Shown in pieces: positions 60,062-63,671 of a stretch of DNA of 63,671 nt. Source of the stretch: a virus (taxonomy: Duplodnaviria; Caudoviricetes); IMG/VR virus record IMGVR_UViG_3300023184_002538, positions 1 through 63,671 of that record, one strand, 5' to 3'. Position numbers and translations under genes: made by a program. The notes under the pieces are model-generated. The model was not told where the DNA came from. It did not search any database and saw only the letters and a list, made by a program, of their open reading frames with translations. Each line of letters starts with the position of its first letter. Position 1 is the stretch's first letter.

Positions 60062-60529
60062 ATGGGAACACGATCACGCATTGGAGTCATGCACGGCGAC
60101 AAGGTAAAGAGCATTTATTGCCATTGGGACGGCTACTTGTCGCACAATGGTCGGCTACTGCAGGACCATTACGATAGTGCCAAGGCTAACAACCTCGTAG
60201 CCATGGGCGATATGAGTTCGCTGGGTCGGGTAATTGGCGAAGCACATCCGTTCAGCCCACACGGTAGCCCAGAGGATTCAGCCCTGTACGAACACGCCAA
60301 GGACCAAGGCTACTGCACATTCTACGGACGTGACCGTGGTGAGACTGGTACTGAGTTCCGAGTGGCTCACACGTTTGCAGAGTTCCTGGAACAAGCAGAC
60401 GGCTGTGGTGCTGAGTACTATTACATTATGAAGGACGGTGTTTGGTATTGTGGCGACACATACGATCACAGCCCGTTGAGCAAGCGTTTGACATTATTAA
60501 CTGAAGCATTAGAAAAGGAAACAGCATGA
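60062..60529 (+). CDS. Hypothetical phage protein
   Basis: Own promoter and RBS; MGTRSRIG...IYCHWDGY...YGRDRGE...EYYY. Confidence 0.78.
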   Translation: MGTRSRIGVMHGDKVKSIYCHWDGYLSHNGRLLQDHYDSAKANNLVAMGDMSSLGRVIGEAHPFSPHGSPEDSALYEHAKDQGYCTFYGRDRGETGTEFRVAHTFAEFLEQADGCGAEYYYIMKDGVWYCGDTYDHSPLSKRLTLLTEALEKETA

Positions 60530-60678
60530 GCAAGGCATTAGTCGAACTACTAGATGGTTATAGTGAACTATTAACTATGACTCTTGATATGAGAAACGAT
60601 ACCAAAGATCGGTTGACCAAGGTGCTAATTGATCTTGAGTACACCCAATTTTTAATTGATAAAGGACTACTGCGATGA
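60526..60678 (+). CDS. Small hypothetical protein (50 aa, not in ORF track)
   Basis: MSKALVELLDGY...DKGLLR; ATGA overlaps at both ends; AAGGA RBS. Confidence 0.65.
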   Translation: MSKALVELLDGYSELLTMTLDMRNDTKDRLTKVLIDLEYTQFLIDKGLLR

Positions 60679-60857
60679 GCAAGATGAGCGAACTAGCCTA
60701 CGACATTGAACAACTGTACATTGAGGGCTATAGTGCCCGCAGCATTGCAGTTCAGTTGAAGTGCCCCATAGACATTGTTTATGGTTGGATTGAATCGAAT
60801 AGTGTGGCAGATCAGCCACAGGAGGAGCATAGCCCATTCGAAACAATAAATTCCTAA
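60675..60857 (+). CDS. Small HTH-like protein
   Basis: LYIEGYSARSIAVQLKCP...VYGWI. Confidence 0.6.
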   Translation: MSKMSELAYDIEQLYIEGYSARSIAVQLKCPIDIVYGWIESNSVADQPQEEHSPFETINS

Positions 60858-60954
60858 AAATAATGGTTGACAACGGACCATAACCGTTGTATAATTAACA
60901 TATGGACACGCAATTATGCATCCATATTTTTACACACAGAGAAAGAGGTTTATT

Positions 60955-61338
60955 ATGTCAGTTTTTTCACATGCAGGTGTTAGCCGTCTCAACGGTGAGT
61001 TCAAAGTTCGTTTCGCTAATGATGCTCTTCGCGTCAAGGTCTTGGCCAAGAATGGTCACAAGGACATTGACATCATCGAGCTCAAAGAGCCAATGACTAA
61101 GGAAGATGCTATCGCGTATCTTATGAGCATTGACTTCGCTACTCAAAACGGTGTTACCAACGCCGAAGTTGAGATGGCATTGTTTGAGGCTGTAGACAAG
61201 CGTGCCGTTAAGCCCGCCAAAGCGCCTAAGGCTCCCAAAGCTACTAAGGCCAAGCCTACGATGGAATCCATCAAGGCTAAGGCTGTTAAGGCCACTGCAC
61301 CCAAGGTTGATGCAGCCTTGGAAGATGCACCCTTCTAA
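60955..61338 (+). CDS. Hypothetical protein with Lys/Ala/Pro-rich (histone H1-like) tail
   Basis: GAGG RBS; KPAKAPKAPKATKAKP. Confidence 0.72.
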   Translation: MSVFSHAGVSRLNGEFKVRFANDALRVKVLAKNGHKDIDIIELKEPMTKEDAIAYLMSIDFATQNGVTNAEVEMALFEAVDKRAVKPAKAPKAPKATKAKPTMESIKAKAVKATAPKVDAALEDAPF

Positions 61339-61444
61339 GTAATAGCGGGGTATCTGGGCCCTAGTGGCCCACTTAGTTAAACAGAGTGCCGAGCGACGAA
61401 GGAAATGAGTACTCTGTTTAACTAAGACACCTAAGGAGCAAAAG

Positions 61445-61690
61445 ATGAGTAGACTAGCATTCTATGGTAGACAATGGACAGTATTTGAGGCTGGCAACAA
61501 GAATCATCGACAATGGTTCGCAGAGTTCCAACGATCAGGTACATGGAGCAAATGCCCAGTGAGATTCATTGTGGATGATGATCACGGCGATCTAATCACT
61601 ATGATTCAACGTAAGTTGATTGAATACTACACTGATCAAGAATTTGGCAAAATACGTAAGACTGGACCGTTGACATTGATCAAAGACTAG
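61445..61690 (+). CDS. Hypothetical protein
   Basis: AAGGAG RBS; F...NKNHR.W...W.KCPVRF. Confidence 0.72.
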   Translation: MSRLAFYGRQWTVFEAGNKNHRQWFAEFQRSGTWSKCPVRFIVDDDHGDLITMIQRKLIEYYTDQEFGKIRKTGPLTLIKD

Positions 61691-61741
61691 TGTACACTAG
61701 TTCTAACTGCTGATGCAGTATAAACACAAAGGAAAACAAAA

Positions 61742-62017
61742 ATGCAAACTTATAAAATCAACGAGGGCACCAAGACCCACAAACTCTTTACTGCTCTTAA
61801 GAGTGGTGACAAAGTAACTGCTAGCCAAGCAGAGAAGCGTTTCGGTATCAAGAACATCAGTGCCGATGTTAGCCGTATTCGTCAAGCAGGTTTCGCAGTG
61901 TACGCAAACACACGTACCGCTGGCAATCACGTAGAAGTTACCGAATACGTTATCGGTCAGCCATCACGTAAGTTGATCGCTGCCGGTTACCGCGCTATGG
62001 CTCTTGGCCTAGTTTAA
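61742..62017 (+). CDS. Winged-helix/HTH DNA-binding-like protein
   Basis: L..LKSG..VTASQA..RFGIKN.SA.VS.IR.AGFAVY pattern. Confidence 0.65.
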   Translation: MQTYKINEGTKTHKLFTALKSGDKVTASQAEKRFGIKNISADVSRIRQAGFAVYANTRTAGNHVEVTEYVIGQPSRKLIAAGYRAMALGLV

Positions 62018-62207
62018 GAACGCTCCGAACGTCTGATGTCGCGTATCAGACACAAGTCCCGGGGGTAGTGTCCCGGGCAAACCCCAGAACCCTGTATGCC
62101 TTTAGTGTACGGGGTTCACCTATTCAGGTCAACCTCTTTTGAAAGACCCTACAGGTTGACAGGAAAATACTTTGAGACTATAATAATAGCATACAACGGA
62201 GAACACT

Positions 62208-62558
62208 ATGAAACAGATCATTGCCCTTGCAATCGGATTGACCTTAGTCGGTGCTGCACAAGCAGATTACTACCGTGAATACCGCCATCAGCCACGCACC
62301 GTGATCGTTGAGCGAGTTCAGACCGGCGGAGACGTCCTAGTGCCCTTGATCATCGGCGGCATCTTTGGTGCAGCGATCGCCAATGCCAATCAACCGCAAC
62401 CTGTTGTAATTCAACAACAACCTCAAGTCTATGTGCAACCACAAGCACCACAAGGGTTCGTTCAATGCCCTCCTGGAACCATGCCCTTCGAGCAGCGAGG
62501 TTGGGTTCGTAACCCTTGGGGTCAATGGATCCAATCTTCCTACATTGATTGCCGATAA
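62208..62558 (+). CDS. Exported/membrane protein with signal peptide and Gly-zipper-like segment
   Basis: MKQIIALAIGLTLVGAAQA; LIIGGIFGAAIA; Q/P-rich tail. Confidence 0.7.
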   Translation: MKQIIALAIGLTLVGAAQADYYREYRHQPRTVIVERVQTGGDVLVPLIIGGIFGAAIANANQPQPVVIQQQPQVYVQPQAPQGFVQCPPGTMPFEQRGWVRNPWGQWIQSSYIDCR

Positions 62559-62621
62559 CCCTTACAGGTTGACAGGGTTCTCCAAACCTGTTATAATACA
62601 CACATAGACAGCAAGGAGCAC

Positions 62622-62822
62622 ATGATGATCAAAGTAGCAAAGATGACAGACGGCCGGGTGGTTGAAGTCGTTCGGGTTGCAGAGACCGTGGGCTTCAGCC
62701 CTGAGCCAGGTTGGGTCATGGTCTGCATGGACTTTGAAAAGACCTATGGCAAGCGGACTGAGTTCAAGTGGGTGCCAGCCGCTACCCAATTTGAGTGGGT
62801 TAGAGAATACACTTTCGGTTGA
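62622..62822 (+). CDS. Hypothetical protein
   Basis: Own promoter and AAGGAG RBS. Confidence 0.72.
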   Translation: MMIKVAKMTDGRVVEVVRVAETVGFSPEPGWVMVCMDFEKTYGKRTEFKWVPAATQFEWVREYTFG

Positions 62823-62883
62823 CAGGGTCTTAGGATCCTGCTATAATACACACATAGACAGCAACACACACTAGGAGCAGAAA

Positions 62884-63084
62884 ATGACAGCAATAACAGT
62901 AGCAGCGATGATAGAGGCATTGAGCCGTTTGCCCGGAGACGCAGAGTTGGTAGTAACCGAAAGCGGTTATTACTGCTATGGCGAATTCGCAACGATCATG
63001 TTGCCAGAGCCTTACACACCGGACACAGAAGAGACTGTGCCCACTGTGATGTACCGCATCGGTCACAGCCACCAATCTTACTAA
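62884..63084 (+). CDS. Hypothetical protein
   Basis: Own promoter and AGGAG RBS; TVAAMIEALSRLP.DAE.V. Confidence 0.72.
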   Translation: MTAITVAAMIEALSRLPGDAELVVTESGYYCYGEFATIMLPEPYTPDTEETVPTVMYRIGHSHQSY

Positions 63085-63094
63085 GGAGCACAAG

Positions 63095-63178
63095 ATGACA
63101 GACTTTCAAATGTGGATGACAGTGGCAGTGATCATAGGGATCTTTGCCATTAAGGTTTGGATACTGACTAAGATCTAA
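63095..63178 (+). CDS. 27-aa single-TM peptide (not in ORF track)
   Basis: AAGGAG RBS; MTDFQMWMTVAVIIGIFAIKVWILTKI. Confidence 0.7.
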   Translation: MTDFQMWMTVAVIIGIFAIKVWILTKI

Positions 63179-63187
63179 GGAGCAGAT

Positions 63188-63274
63188 ATGATAGCAGACT
63201 TTGAAATGTGGATGACAGTGGCAATGATCGTAGGGGTCTTGGCCGTTATGGGTTGGATGATTACTGAAGTTTAA
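63188..63274 (+). CDS. 28-aa single-TM peptide, paralog of the previous gene (not in ORF track)
   Basis: AAGGAG RBS; MIADFEMWMTVAMIVGVLAVMGWMITEV. Confidence 0.7.
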   Translation: MIADFEMWMTVAMIVGVLAVMGWMITEV

Positions 63275-63284
63275 GGAGCAAGAT

Positions 63285-63518
63285 ATGCAAGCAGAAGCAA
63301 CACGGTATGACACACGGCATGGTGGCCCCTATGATCGGGGCAGTGCCGACAGTTACTACGGTCGTGGATATCATCCGCACTACTTTGAAGGTGCCACAAG
63401 CACCACACCTCGCGTGGACTTGGAGAACATGACTGCCGCTGAGATCACAGCCTACACCGCAGGCTTCAACGACAATGAATCGTTTGGTGAGAAAAAAGAT
63501 TGGGGCAGAGACAAATAA
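63285..63518 (+). CDS. Hypothetical phage protein
   Basis: AAGGAG RBS; RHGGPYDRGSADSYYGR...EI.AY.AG...KDWG. Confidence 0.75.
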   Translation: MQAEATRYDTRHGGPYDRGSADSYYGRGYHPHYFEGATSTTPRVDLENMTAAEITAYTAGFNDNESFGEKKDWGRDK

Positions 63519-63580
63519 AGGTTGACAGGTCAGCGTTTTGGACATATAATACACACATGAAACAAACAAAGGAGCACAAG

Positions 63581-63671
63581 ATGTCAGATGAAATGTACGA
63601 GATATTAGCCGCATTGGACAAAGCCGCAGAACTTATGTTCGCATACGGACTCAACGGCTATGCCGAACAAG
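63581..63671 (+). CDS. Hypothetical protein (truncated by window end)
   Basis: Promoter at 63522, AAGGAG RBS, open MSDEMYEILAAL... Confidence 0.65.
   Translation, partial: MSDEMYEILAALDKAAELMFAYGLNGYAEQ

Larger units (their letters stand above)
56145..63550 (+). promoter_or_regulatory. Array of 15 sigma70 promoters with a shared leader/RBS motif
   Basis: TTGACA at 56145, 56516, 56781, 57737, 58081, 58300, 59371, 59675, 60005, 60867, 61670, 62156, 62569, 62819, 63522. Each has a 17-bp spacer and TATAAT (TATAGT at 59394, TACACT at 61693). ACAC..TAAGGAGCA-type leader follows most. Confidence 0.9.

Noticed and set aside
62031-62085. Hammerhead ribozyme (CTGATG seen)
   Set aside because: The CUGAUGA...GAAA core is not completed.
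56145-63580. CRISPR array or classical integron
   Set aside because: Repeats are degenerate promoter/RBS motifs separated by whole genes of variable length. No cas or integrase gene and no attC-type core sites are visible.
1-63671. Stop-codon reassignment
   Set aside because: Standard code 11 gives full-length, densely packed genes, and TAA, TAG and TGA all end plausible ORFs.

Overview
This window is most consistent with part of a large tailed-phage (jumbo/huge-phage-like) genome. There is no capsid or terminase gene in view, so the call rests on gene content, gene density and promoter types. (1) 1-4.8 kb: two minus-strand fibre-like genes, one of them collagen-like with YadA-like repeats. 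(2) 4.9-8.2 kb: HNH nuclease, translation initiation factor IF-1, ATP-dependent DNA ligase and an ErpA/IscA-type Fe-S carrier. (3) 8.2-47.8 kb: a very AT-rich, tightly packed tailoring-enzyme cluster with 14 radical SAM genes (2 with a cobalamin-dependent-type layout), QueC-like PP-loop enzymes, PLP enzymes, a SET-domain protein, GNAT, kinase-like, 2OG-Fe(II), methyltransferase-like, carbamoyltransferase, glycosyltransferase-like and SGNH-like genes. TATAAATA/TAAATA late-type promoter motifs sit at its divergence points. (4) 47.8-51.9 kb: three structural-type genes, one ending in an atypical Hint domain. (5) 52-55.3 kb: gmd, a glycosyltransferase, a 2OG oxygenase and an HNH gene. (6) 55.3-56.1 kb: a non-coding gap with 15-bp direct repeats and a candidate ~310-nt structured RNA bounded by a sigma70 promoter and a terminator. 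(7) 56.1-63.7 kb: a more GC-rich early-type region of small ORFs punctuated by 15 near-consensus sigma70 promoter/leader cassettes, many with a fold-back spacer and a GGTAAAAC box. All product calls come from motifs read by eye; no database search or folding program was run.
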